IMG/VR virus record: IMGVR_UViG_3300027365_000011
Span: 1 to 64,000 of that record
Direction: 5' to 3' (one strand)
Source: a virus
DNA: 64,000 nucleotides
The notes under the pieces were generated by a model that was given only the letters and a program-made list of their open reading frames with translations, did no database searches and was not told where the DNA came from. The position numbers and the translations under genes were made by a program. How positions within the stretch are numbered: the first letter of the stretch is position 1; each line of letters starts with the position of its first letter. Below, one piece after another: positions 36,276-47,600 of this stretch.

Positions 36276-39046
36276 TGAACATTGACGGCATGATGAAGGC
36301 CGTCCGTGATGCCGCCACCATGGATGCCGTGGTGGCGGCGTTGCGTGGCGGAGCAGCCGACGCCACCTTCGAGCAACGCCTGGCAGCCGCCGGCCTGCAA
36401 TCCCAGGAGCTGCCCACCGGCCTCAAGCGCGACAAGCGCTTCATGGTCAGCCGGTCCGATGGCGGCCAGGACGCCGCCGTGGTGGCGCAGTCCGGCAGCG
36501 CTTACCGCCTGCTGCAGCCGGCCAGCGATGATGGCCTGACGGCCGACGTGCGCGCGGTGGTGGACGCCATGAACGGCGCCGTGGCCGACAAGCTGGGCAA
36601 GGCCGCTGCCGAAAGCGGGAATGCCGACGACTACGCAGCCGCCCCGGCGCTGGTGCTCCCCGCCAGCGTGGCCGACCAGCCGCTGTCCGCCTTCGAGGGG
36701 CAGGATCTGGCCACGGTGCGCGGCAATGCGTCCGGTGGCGGCACCTTCACCGGCACGCTGCGCCTCAAGCGCCTGACCGGCGAGCGCCGCGAAATGTTCG
36801 ACGTGTTGGTCAAGATCCCCAAGGTGCGCCCGGAATCGCTGACCCGCGTGTCGGAAAGCATGACGGTCAAGGCGCTGGCGGACCTGCTGGCGGTCGACAT
36901 GGACCACCTCAAGCTGGATTTTTCGCGGCTGGCGCCCGACGACGCCCTGCTGTCCACCTACTCGGAAGCCGAGCTGGCCGAGCGTGACAAGGCGCGCCGC
37001 GATGCCGAGGCCGCCGCCCAGGTGCAGCGCGATGCGGAGGAACGCCGCGCCCAGGCCGATCGCGAGCGCGATGACTTCCGCCTGTCCGGCAGCGACAGCG
37101 CCAGCGACGTGGCCGCCAGCTACGGCCAGGCCGACATGCTGGGCGCCAGCGCACCGCCGGATGACGCCGGCCAGCGTGAGCCCGACGACTTCCCCGGCCC
37201 CAGGGGCAAGGAAATGACCGTCAAGACCGCCAAGGGGACCAAGGTGGATACCCGGTTCACCATCCTCGAGGCCGACGACCTGATCGCCAGCCACACCGCC
37301 GACGGCCGCGAGAATCCCGCCTTTCCCCAGGCGTTGCAGCCGCGCGACCGCTCCCGGGACGCCAGCCGGGCATGGATTCAGAAGACCGCCAAGGATCTCG
37401 ACCCGGGCCTGCTGGGCAAGACCAAGAAGGCCGACAGCGGCGCGCCGATCATCGGCAAGGATCGCGTGGTCGAGTCGGGCAACGGGCGTACCCTGGCGAT
37501 CATGGAGGCCTATCGGCTGGGCACCGCGGACGAGTACAGGCAATGGCTGGTCGAGGACGCCGACAGCTACGGGCTCGACTCGGCCAGGGTCGCCGCGATG
37601 AAGGCCCCGGTGCTGGTGCGGGTGCGGACCAGCGACATCGACCGCGAGGCCTTCGCGGTGGAGGCCAACCAGGACGATAAGCTGTCGATGAGCGCAACGG
37701 AAAAGGCCCGCGCCGACGCCAACCGCCTGACGCCCGAGCTGATGGCCAAGTTCGACCCCGGCGCGGATGGCGACCTGCTGGTGGCCAGCAACCGCGGCTT
37801 CATTCAAGGGTTTCTGCAGTCGCTGGGCGATGCCGAGGCCGCCCAGTACCTGACCAGCACCGGCGACTTCACCGGGCCGCTGATCGCCCGCATCCAGGCC
37901 GCGGTGTTCGCCAAGGCGTACCAGGATGAGCGCCTGCTGGAGCTGATGGCGGACAGCGCCAAGCCCGAGAACCGCAACATCATCGCCGCCCTGTCCGCCG
38001 CCGCCCCGGAGTTCATCCAGGCGCGCACCGCCAACGAAAGCGCCGCCCAGGGCACCGCCGAGCAACTGGCGTCGTCGGTCGAAATGTCGCTGGACAGCGA
38101 GGCGGTCAAGTCGCTGATCGACGCCACCAACGTTGTGCGCCAGGCCAAGCGCGATGGCATGGACGTGGCCGAATACGTGTCGCAGATGGGGCTGTTCGGC
38201 GACGTGGACCCCGGCGTGGCGGCCATGGCCGTGTTCATCGCGCAGAACAACCGCAGCGCCAAGCGCATGAGCACCGCGTTCAAGGCGATGGCGGCGTTCG
38301 TGCGCCAGGAGCTGGAGCGCGACAACGCCGCCGGGGGCGATATGTTCGGCGAGGCGCCGGTATCCATGAGCGACGTGGTGGAAGCCGCCAACCGGGTCAT
38401 GGAGCGCGAGTACGGCGAAGGCCAGTACCGCATCGACGCCTCACCCCCGTCGGGCGGCCTGTTCGAGAGCGTGGCCAGCGAGAACCTGCAGCGCATCGAC
38501 ATCGACGCCGCCGCGGCGACCACGGACCCGTCGCCCTCCCCCGCCCAGGCGGCGGCCGGCAACTACCGCAAGGGCAAGGTCAGCATTCACGGGCTGACCA
38601 TCGCCATCGAGAACCCCAAGGGGACGGTACGCCGCGGCGTCGACCCGGACGGCACCGAATGGGCGAACGAGCTGGCCTGTCACTACGGCGACATCAAGGG
38701 CGCCCGGGGCGCGGACGGCGACAACCTGGACGTGTTCCTGGGCGACAACCCGGCGTCGCGCGTCGTCTACGTGGTCGACCAGATGACGCCTGACGGTGCC
38801 TTCGATGAGCACAAGATCATGCTCGGCTTCGACTCCCTCGAGGCCGCCAGGGCCGGCTATCTGGCCAGCTATGAGGACGGCTGGCAGGGGCTCGGCGACA
38901 TCACCCGCGCCTCGCTGCCGGGCTTCAAGGCCTGGCTGCGCCGTGGCGACCCGAGCCGGCCGTTTCATGCCCAGGGCAACGCCGGCATCTTCGAGTCCGC
39001 CGCGGCGATCCGCCGCCGGGCCTTGCAGGACTACCTGCTGGGCTGA
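36275..39046 (+). CDS. ddrB: DdrB-like polyvalent protein (ParB-like domain plus inorganic pyrophosphatase-like domain)
   Basis: LQPRDR...GAPII...VESGNGR; GNYRKG...IENPKG...GADGD.LDVF...FDEHKIMLGF. Confidence 0.85.
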   Translation: MNIDGMMKAVRDAATMDAVVAALRGGAADATFEQRLAAAGLQSQELPTGLKRDKRFMVSRSDGGQDAAVVAQSGSAYRLLQPASDDGLTADVRAVVDAMNGAVADKLGKAAAESGNADDYAAAPALVLPASVADQPLSAFEGQDLATVRGNASGGGTFTGTLRLKRLTGERREMFDVLVKIPKVRPESLTRVSESMTVKALADLLAVDMDHLKLDFSRLAPDDALLSTYSEAELAERDKARRDAEAAAQVQRDAEERRAQADRERDDFRLSGSDSASDVAASYGQADMLGASAPPDDAGQREPDDFPGPRGKEMTVKTAKGTKVDTRFTILEADDLIASHTADGRENPAFPQALQPRDRSRDASRAWIQKTAKDLDPGLLGKTKKADSGAPIIGKDRVVESGNGRTLAIMEAYRLGTADEYRQWLVEDADSYGLDSARVAAMKAPVLVRVRTSDIDREAFAVEANQDDKLSMSATEKARADANRLTPELMAKFDPGADGDLLVASNRGFIQGFLQSLGDAEAAQYLTSTGDFTGPLIARIQAAVFAKAYQDERLLELMADSAKPENRNIIAALSAAAPEFIQARTANESAAQGTAEQLASSVEMSLDSEAVKSLIDATNVVRQAKRDGMDVAEYVSQMGLFGDVDPGVAAMAVFIAQNNRSAKRMSTAFKAMAAFVRQELERDNAAGGDMFGEAPVSMSDVVEAANRVMEREYGEGQYRIDASPPSGGLFESVASENLQRIDIDAAAATTDPSPSPAQAAAGNYRKGKVSIHGLTIAIENPKGTVRRGVDPDGTEWANELACHYGDIKGARGADGDNLDVFLGDNPASRVVYVVDQMTPDGAFDEHKIMLGFDSLEAARAGYLASYEDGWQGLGDITRASLPGFKAWLRRGDPSRPFHAQGNAGIFESAAAIRRRALQDYLLG

Positions 39047-39075
39047 CACCGCCCTGTCCCCTGAGCCCGCCCCTG

Positions 39076-39102
39076 AGCCCGCCGCGACTGGCGGGCTTTT
39101 TT
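39076..39102 (+). terminator. Rho-independent terminator
   Basis: AGCCCGCC-GCGACT-GGCGGGCT followed by a T-run. Confidence 0.8.
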
Positions 39103-39174
39103 GTTCGCTATATTGCGCCGCATGAAATGCGTGGATAGGGTGAAACTGCCCATGCTCACTCCCCCGGAGACCCC

Positions 39175-39567
39175 ATGCACGCCATCGCACTGACCCGTGA
39201 GGAATCCCGCTTGTTCGAGGAAGCGCTGGACGCCGCTGTCCGTCTCTACCAGCACCGCGCCAAGGTCGCGACCCAGGCGGCCGACATGGTAACGGCATCC
39301 GCCCTGAAAGCGACTTTTGTGGCCTTGCGCACTACCGCGGGAGACTTGCGAGGGACACGGATCGGCAGCCAACAGCGTGGCCCCTTGGCCCTGAGCTGGC
39401 GCTGGGCCGATGAGGGCGACGAAAACAGCATGGAGACGGTTATCACGATCCACCGGGGCGACCCGGATACCACCGGCTACGCGATGCTGGCCGCCATTCT
39501 CAGCGCGAATCGTCAGGGCGAGGCACCCCACGAGATTATCGCCTTGCTGGAGCGCCTGACATCCTGA
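39175..39567 (+). CDS. Hypothetical protein (paralog of 39689)
   Basis: GGAG RBS; own candidate promoter TTGCGC-17-TAGGGT. Confidence 0.7.
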   Translation: MHAIALTREESRLFEEALDAAVRLYQHRAKVATQAADMVTASALKATFVALRTTAGDLRGTRIGSQQRGPLALSWRWADEGDENSMETVITIHRGDPDTTGYAMLAAILSANRQGEAPHEIIALLERLTS

Positions 39568-39688
39568 CTCCGTTGGCCGGTATTGCATCTTGTGAAATAT
39601 CAAAAGGGCTGATACATTAGTATCCAGAGTCGCACGACAGCGGCTCGCCGCGCCGGCGAAATCCGGTAAATCTCGACAGGAGATCATC

Positions 39689-40144
39689 ATGAAAACCATC
39701 CAGCGCACCACCGAAGGGCTGACGCTTCGTGAAACCGACTTGTTCCGGGAGGCGGTTCAGGTGGCAATCGGCGCCTACCATAGCCAGCTCCCCGACACGA
39801 CGCCGGCCTTCGGCGTGGATGACCAGCCTTCCCGGCGCCCCGACCCGGATGCCGACACCCTGATGCGCGCCAGCGCCACCCTGGCCATGATCGCCGGCCT
39901 CAAGACGCTGCTGGATGACATCGGCCGCGCCGACCGTGGACTGGCCCCGAACGGCCCCATCGAGTTCCTGTTTTTTGCCGACGATGGCGACCCGGCAGAC
40001 CGTGACAGCCTCGAGGTCACGCTGGCCTATGATGGCAGCCCCACGTCACCGGCTCACCTGATCCTGCTGGCCATCTTCAACGCCAATCTGGCGCAGGCGG
40101 AACGCCATGTCCCGACCATGACGCTGCTGGGACGGCTGCTGTAA
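39689..40144 (+). CDS. Hypothetical protein (paralog of 39175)
   Basis: AGGAG RBS; own candidate promoter TTGTGA-17-TACATT. Confidence 0.7.
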   Translation: MKTIQRTTEGLTLRETDLFREAVQVAIGAYHSQLPDTTPAFGVDDQPSRRPDPDADTLMRASATLAMIAGLKTLLDDIGRADRGLAPNGPIEFLFFADDGDPADRDSLEVTLAYDGSPTSPAHLILLAIFNANLAQAERHVPTMTLLGRLL

Positions 40145-40247
40145 CAGCCATGGTCCGCCTTCGGGCGGGCCTGTTTCCCGTTGTCGCTGCCGGACAGGTA
40201 GCCCACCCAGCCCCGGTCGTCGGGGCCTTTTCGTGAAGGGAAGGAGC

Positions 40248-40517
40248 ATGGACAACAACCGCCGCTTGAAGCTGATCCACGGCGCGCTGCGCCTGAATGA
40301 CAAGGACGTGGCCCGGGCCGTCACCCTGGGCGGCGTCGAGGTCAGCCGGCACAAGGCCAAGTCATGGCTTCGCCTGAAATCCACCAGCCGATTGCGCGAG
40401 GGACGCCGCCAGCAGCGCTACATCGACATGACGCAGGAACAGTTCGACGCTTTCCTGATCGGCCTGAAACCGATGCTGGATGAAATCGACGCCGAGGAAT
40501 CCCCGAATGACGAGTAA
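40248..40517 (+). CDS. DUF1456-like HTH protein
   Basis: NNRRLKLIHGALRLND...SWLR...FLIGL pattern; AAGGAG RBS. Confidence 0.6.
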   Translation: MDNNRRLKLIHGALRLNDKDVARAVTLGGVEVSRHKAKSWLRLKSTSRLREGRRQQRYIDMTQEQFDAFLIGLKPMLDEIDAEESPNDE

Positions 40518-41574
40518 CGCCCCTCGCCCCAAACAGCACCTGGCCGCCGCCGGCAAGCTGTACAAGGGCGCCTGGAAGCAGATCGACGGCTTCCGCGCCG
40601 AACGCGGCACCCACGTCCCCGACTGGCCCGACTGGTGCTTCATCCCCATCGCCGCCACTCAGGCCATCGTCGCCGAGGATGCGGGCGTCGACGGCGCGCA
40701 ACTGGCCTTCACCCACCCCGAGCGCCTGGCTGACGCGGCGCGCCTGGCGGCACTGGCGACATGGCGCGTCACCCAGGGCATCTATCGCTTCGACCCGACG
40801 CTGTACGCCAGCGTGATCGACACCCCCGTCGAGCGCGACATTCCCGCGGACGTGCTTTATCGGCTGCCCGAGTGGTGCGTCTACGTCGAGACGCCGGGGC
40901 TCGGCTGGCTGGGCGACACGCTCCACGGCTACTGGGCGCACCTCGAGCACGACATCAATACCGGCCGGGCGGAGCTGCGCCTGCTGCTGGACACCGAGGG
41001 CGCGCTCGAGCCGCTGCCTCTGCACCTGGGCGACTGGCCGCTGATCGAGGCCGTCGAGCGCATGGTCGGCGAGGCCTCCCGGCAGACGATCATCCACGGG
41101 CTGACGCGCTGGACCGAGGGGCTGGCCCGGGATGACCTGGCCCCCGGCATTGCGGGCGATGTCGCCCCGCTGCTCTCGCTGCTGCTGTACCTGTGCAGCC
41201 AGTCCGACGAGATCGGCGCGCCCGGCCATCGCCCGGCCTATCCCCGGCCCAAGCGCACCAAGCGCGGCTGGCGCCTGTTCCCGGCCGACAAGCCCTCGAC
41301 ATGGAATGTCGGCGTGCGCATCGGCAGCGCGTTGAGACGTGCCCAGGGCCAAGGCGAGTCCGGTGAGCGGCCGGTGGCCGGCGCGGATCGGGCGCGCCCG
41401 CGGGCGCATATCCGCCGCGCGCACTGGCACGGCTACTGGACGGGGCCACGCGATCCCGAGCGGGTCGATGAACGCCGCTTCCAGCTACGCTGGCAGCCGC
41501 CCATCCCGGTCAACGTGAGCGACGTTGACGACCTGCCGGCGACCGTGCGGCCAATCCAGCAATCGGACGAGTAA
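40507..41574 (+). CDS. AcrVA2/FinQ-family protein
   Basis: TWR.TQGIY, LPEWCVYV, LLYLCS, HIRRAHWHGYW.G, RWQP...VN motifs. Confidence 0.8.
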   Translation: MTSNAPRPKQHLAAAGKLYKGAWKQIDGFRAERGTHVPDWPDWCFIPIAATQAIVAEDAGVDGAQLAFTHPERLADAARLAALATWRVTQGIYRFDPTLYASVIDTPVERDIPADVLYRLPEWCVYVETPGLGWLGDTLHGYWAHLEHDINTGRAELRLLLDTEGALEPLPLHLGDWPLIEAVERMVGEASRQTIIHGLTRWTEGLARDDLAPGIAGDVAPLLSLLLYLCSQSDEIGAPGHRPAYPRPKRTKRGWRLFPADKPSTWNVGVRIGSALRRAQGQGESGERPVAGADRARPRAHIRRAHWHGYWTGPRDPERVDERRFQLRWQPPIPVNVSDVDDLPATVRPIQQSDE

Positions 41575-41651
41575 CGAAGCGCTTACCTTTCGTGACCGAA
41601 TGTTACCCCTCGGGTAAAATGTGGCGATCGCCCATCCTCAAGGGGTAACTC

Positions 41652-44600
41652 ATGACGCAACAGATTCTCGAGCGGGCCACCCAGGGGCCGCTCGACGCCG
41701 CGCTGGGCTCGGCTCGGCAGGCTTCGACCTTCGGCCAGCTTATCGGCGCTCTCTCCACCCTGGCCGACGCGCTCGGCGACACCGATACCGCCGACGCCCT
41801 GCAGGGGCAGATGCAGTACGGGCTGCGCAAGCGCGGCCAGCAGGCCCGCAAGGCCATCAATGCCAAGACCCGCGAGATACTGGCGCGGGTCGACGGCGAC
41901 CCCGACGCCCTGAGCGACGCCGACCGCGACGTGTTGCGCCAGTACAGCGGCCGCGGCGGCATCGCCGATGACAACAGCCTCTCCGAATACTACACGCCGC
42001 AGCCGATCGCCGAAGGCGTGTGGGATGCGCTCAAGGCCAACGGCTTCGAGAACGGTAATGTCCTGGAGCCATCCACCGGCGCCGGCGTGTTCCTCGCCAC
42101 CAAGCCCGCCGGCACGAAGGTCAGCGGCGCGGAGATCGACCCCACCAGCTCCAGCGTGGCCGCCCTGCTCCACCCCGACGACGACGTGAGCAATCAGTCC
42201 TTCGAGCAACTGTGCGCCACCGCCAAGGACAACACCTATGACAGCGTGGTCGGCAACGTGCCGTTCGGGGATGCCCGGGGCAAGTGGGCGAAGTTCGACC
42301 CCGAGTACCAGGACATCAAGGAGATGGAGCGTTATTTTATAACGCGCGCCATCGACAAGGTGCGTTTCGGCGGCCTGCTGTGCCTGATCGTGCCGCCCAA
42401 CATCGTCAGCAAGCGCTCCAAGACCTTCACCCGCTGGCGCCGCGACATTTCCCGCAAGGCCGAGTTCCTGGGCGCCCACAAGCTGCCCAGCGGCACCTTC
42501 GGCGGGGCCAACGGCAACGGCACCGACACCGTGGTCGACGTGCTGGTGATGCGCAAGCACAGCCGCGAGCTGACCAACCGGATTCCCGACCTGACCACCG
42601 ACGCCCTGACCGGGGCCAACGTCTACTGGGACCAGTTCATCGAGGGCCGCTGGTTCGAGCGTGACGGCAAGCGCTTCGTGCATGGCGAGATCGTGGAGGG
42701 CTTCCGCACCCAGGTGAAGTCCGAGATCGACAACGCCGGGCTCAAGCGCCTGCTGGCGCGCAAGTTCGACAGCCGCATCGACTTCGCCGCCCTGGACAGC
42801 GCCGAGACGGTGACGCGCAACTACCAGGACGGCGACCGCCGGGTCATCGGGATGCAGATGCACGAGTTGGCCGGCGGCGAATGGGTCAAGGTCGACGCCG
42901 CCGACGGCGTGTATCGTGACGGCGCCCTCGATGCCGAGCGCTACGGTGCGGCCAGCCAGGAAGAACTGACCGGCATCCTGGGCGGCGAGCCGGCCGGGGC
43001 GCTGGCGCTGTCCCACCGTCAGGCGGCCAATGCCGTCAACGGGCGCTTCGCGGACGCGGCCAGCGGCGCCATCCGCAACGCCGTGCGCCTGGCCGACCAG
43101 GCCGACGAGGGCGTGCGCGAGCGGGTCTACCGGGCGGCACTGGTCGGCAACGAGGTCAACCGCTACGCCCGCGCGGTCTCGGAAACCGGCCAGGCCGACG
43201 ACGCCGCCCGCGAGCGCCTGCAACGGCTCGTCACCGCCGAGGTCGAGCAGTACGGCAACCCGTCACGCAGCACCGCGCTGCGCCAGGTGAGCGGCCCCGG
43301 CGCCAGCGATGTCGGCGCCTTCATGCGCTCAGTGCGCCGCGATGGCGGCTTCTCCGACCTGCTGACCGGCAAGCGCGACGGCTCCCGCGGCGAGGCGGTC
43401 GACACCACGGACCCGGCGGACGTGCTGCGCTTCCTGGCCGCCAGCCAGGGCAACGGCGCCGTCACCCTGGACGACGTGAAGGCGATGTACAGCGGCGACC
43501 GGGCGCTGACCATCGAGTCGCTGGCCGAAAGCGACGCCATCGCGGTCACGGCCGATGGCCACCTCCAGCCCATGGAGCATTTCGCCAGCGGCAACGTGGT
43601 GAGCAAGATCGCCCGCCTGCGCGAAGCCCTCGCCGGCGAGCTCTCCCCGGCCCTGGCCGACAAGTTCCGCGGCCAGATTGACGAGATGAACCGCCGGCGC
43701 ACCTTCACCGATGTCGATGACATCGACTTCTCGCTGCGCGGCAAGTGGTTCGATCGCGAGCTGGTGGCGGAATTTCTCAACGCGCGCGGCTATGACTTCG
43801 TGCGCTATGACGCCACCCGGGGGCAGTTCACCAACGGCCGCTTCGGCACCAAGCCCGAGCGCTTCAACAAGCAACTGCTCAACTTCCTGAACGGCCAGAC
43901 CGTGCGCTCCAAGGACGCTCAGGCGACCGCCGAGTACAAGCAACAGATCCGCGACCTGGCCGACGAGTTCGGCACCTGGATGCGCCAGCGCGACGACATC
44001 GATGAGCTGGTCGCCCGCTACAACGACGCCTTCAACGATCATGTGCCGGTGGAATACGACGGCTCCGACCTGGGGCTCGAGAACGTCGCCGACTGGATCA
44101 CCCCGCACGACTACCAGGCCGCCGGGGTGCGCCGCCTGAGCGACGAAGGCCGCGGCGTGCTGGCCTTCGACGTGGGGCTGGGTAAAGCTCAGCCCATGGA
44201 TGCCAAGATTCTTACGCCGGATGGCTGGCGCCGCATGGGCGATATTGCTGCGGGTGACATGGTGATGGCCGCTGACGGAACACCGACACGGGTTACCGGC
44301 GTGTTTCCCCAGGGCGAAAAGGAAATCTTCGAGGTCGTTTTCAGCGACGGGGCTGTGACGCGCTGCTGTGACGAGCACCTGTGGCTGACGCAGACCGAGA
44401 AGGACCGCAAGAAGGAACGCTATTCTCGCCGCAAGGGGCTGGAGCGCTCCGAGCCCGGCACCGTCAAGCCCCTCAGCGAGATTCGCGACACGCTGGTCTA
44501 CCAGACACAGAAGAACCACCGCATTCCCATGGCGGCACCGGCTCAGATGCCTGAGCGAGACGTGCTCATCGACCCCTATGTCATGGGCGTGCTGATCGGG

Positions 44601-47600
44601 GATGGCGCCCTTTCGCACACTGCCATCACCTTCACGCCCGGGGATGACGAGATTGCCGAGCGAGTCAGCCGCATCATTGCCAACGCCGGCACTCCGGTCG
44701 AGGTCCGCCAGCGTGCCAAGCAAGCAGGCAAGGCCACCACCTACGGCATTTCCCGTCTCAGCAACACGATACCCAACGTCTATCACGACGAGCTGCAGCG
44801 ACTGGCGCTCATGGGGTCCATGTCGCATGAGAAGTTCATCCCCGACGAGTACAAACTGGGGTCGATTGAGCAGCGCACCGAGCTGCTGCGCGGCCTCATG
44901 GATACGGACGGCTATGTCAGCAAGGACGGGGTGACGGTACAGTTTTCCAGCACCAGCGCCGCCCTCGCAGGCGATGTGCGGGAGCTGGCGCAGAGTCTTG
45001 GTGGCATCGCGTGGACCAGCAGCAGGGAGCCGACCTACACCCACAATGGCGAGAAGCGCCAAGGGCGGACCTCCTACACCGTGTCAATGCGCCTTCCGGC
45101 TGCGCTCAACCCGTTCTGGCTGGCCCGCAAGGCAGAGCGCGTTCGCCCCAGGACCAAGTACCAGCCGGTGCGCTACATCACCGAGGTCAATCCGGTCGGG
45201 CGCGAACTGGCGCAGTGCATCAGCGTTGAGCACTCCGAGCACCTGTATGTGACCGACGACTATATCGTCACTCACAACACGCTCTCCGCCCTGTCGCTGG
45301 CCCAGTACAACGCACAGAAGGGGCGCGCCAAGCGGACCTGCATCACCGTGCCCAAGGCGGTGCTGGAAAACTGGTATCACGAGTCTCGCCAGTTCCATAA
45401 GTCCATGGGCCATGTGCTGTTCGTCGGCTTCACGCCCAAGATGAAGGGCGGCGAGGTCGAGCGCGAGCCGGTGCTGGATGCCGAGGGCAACCCCAAGGTC
45501 GGCCGCAACGGCGAGGTGCAGTACCGCGACGTGCTCCTCGAGGACAGCGCCGAGACCATCTTCGAGAAGATGAACGACATCCCGCAGACCAGCAAGACGC
45601 TGGTGGTCATGTCGCGGGAGCGCTTCGGCATGATTCCCATGCGCCCGGAGTCCCGCGAGGCCTATGCCGACAAGATGGTCAGCAAGAACCTGCTGCGCGA
45701 CAGCGAGGCCGCCAGTCTCGCCCAGGGCGAGGACGTGAAGCTGGGCCGCGGCGGGTCGTATGACGAGGCGAAGCAGACCGAGCGCTACCAGCAGAAGTTC
45801 AACGACGACGGCACCCGCAAGCAGGACGCCTACCCGTTCTTCGAGGACATGGGCTTCGATTCGGTCATCGTCGACGAGGGCCACGAGTACAAGAACACCT
45901 ATCAGGCCGGCGGCGACACCCAGCGCCTGGCCTACCTGCCGACGCCGCAGCCGTCCAAGCGCGCGCTCGACATGGCAATGAAGATGGACCACCTGCGCGG
46001 CCGCAACCAGGGCGCGGGGCCGGTCATGCTCACGGCCACCCCGGTGACGAACAGCCCGGTGGAGGTCTACAACATGCTCAGTCACATCGTGCCGTCCGAG
46101 CAGTTCGAGCAGATGGGGATCAGCAACGTCGATGACTTCGTGGACACCTTCTGCGAAGTCACCGAGGTTCAGCGCACCAAGCTGTCCGGGGAGGTCGTCA
46201 CCGAGGAAGGCGTGGCGGGCTTCAAGAACCTCGACGGGCTGCGCTCGATCTTCCACCGCTATACCAACATGAAGTCCGCCCAGGACGTGAACGACGAGGC
46301 CAACAGCCTCAAGATTCCCGACCACACCGAAGTTCACGCCTCCGTCGACATGACCGCCGAGCAGGCGCGGATCTATGAGCAGCTTCGCGAGGAAGCCGAC
46401 AATGCCAACCAGGAGGTGGTGAAGCAGGCCGAGGATGGCAGCGTCACGCTCGAGGATGCCCGCCCGGTGTTCGCGATCATCCGCGACATGGACCGCATCA
46501 CCACGGACATGGACCTGTACCTGCACACCATGACCTTCACCCTGCCCGCCGGGCAGCGCGAGGCCGTGGACCGGCTGGTGGCCGACCTCCCCGCGCGCAT
46601 CAATCGCCGCCTGCGCGACGAGGAAACCGGCGAGATGGAGACCGTGCCGGTCGAGCTGGACGAGACCCTGAGCCTGACGGAAGACGGCGACACCCTGACG
46701 CTGGTGGTGCATGAACTCTACGAGTCCGAGGTGGTCAAGCGGCTCAAGAAGGTCGGCATCGATGAGAAGGACGTGGCCCACCCGGTCATGCCCAAGTACG
46801 CCAAGCTGCTGGAGAACCTGCGCAGCGACCACGAGAACGGCGGCAAGCAGATCGTGTTCACGGAGGAAAAGAGCCAGCACGACAAGCTCAAGCGCATCAT
46901 CGTCCACCACCTGCCGATCGAGGCCAAGGAAATCGGCATCATCAACGCCGACACCGCCGGCGGCGACAAGCTCGAGAAGATCAGCAGCGACTACAACACC
47001 GGCAAGGTGCGCATCGTGCTCGCCAACCGCAAGGCGGAAGTGGGCGTGAACCTGCAGAAAGGCACAACGGCGATTCACCACCTCACCCTGCCCTGGACCC
47101 CGGCGAGCATCCAGCAGCGCAACGGCCGCGGCGTGCGCCAGGGCAACACGGTGTCGAACGTCAACGTCATCTACTACATGGGCAAGGGCAGCTTCGACGG
47201 CTACCGCCTCGACATGCTCAAGCGCAAGGCCAACTGGATCAACGACCTGTTCTTCGGCGACGCGGCCCGCGCCGACAACGCCAACGCCGGCAGCGACGAG
47301 GACGTGTCGGTGATGCTGGCGGCCAACCCCGAGGAACAGCGCCGCCGCATCGCCGAGGCCCGCGAACAGAAGGAACAGCAGGCCCGCGAGCGCGCCAACA
47401 AGCGCGCCACCATCGACCTGACCAACTACCAGAAGCACAAGGCGTTCCTGGCCGGGTACGACGCGGCCGAGCAACGCGCCGTGGACAACGCCCGCGAGCG
47501 CGGCCGCAGCGAGGACGACGCCCGCGCGCGGATGCAGAAGAAGCGCGACAAGGCCCAGGGCGAGCTGCGCCAGATCGAGGGCCGCCTGACCACCGCCCAG

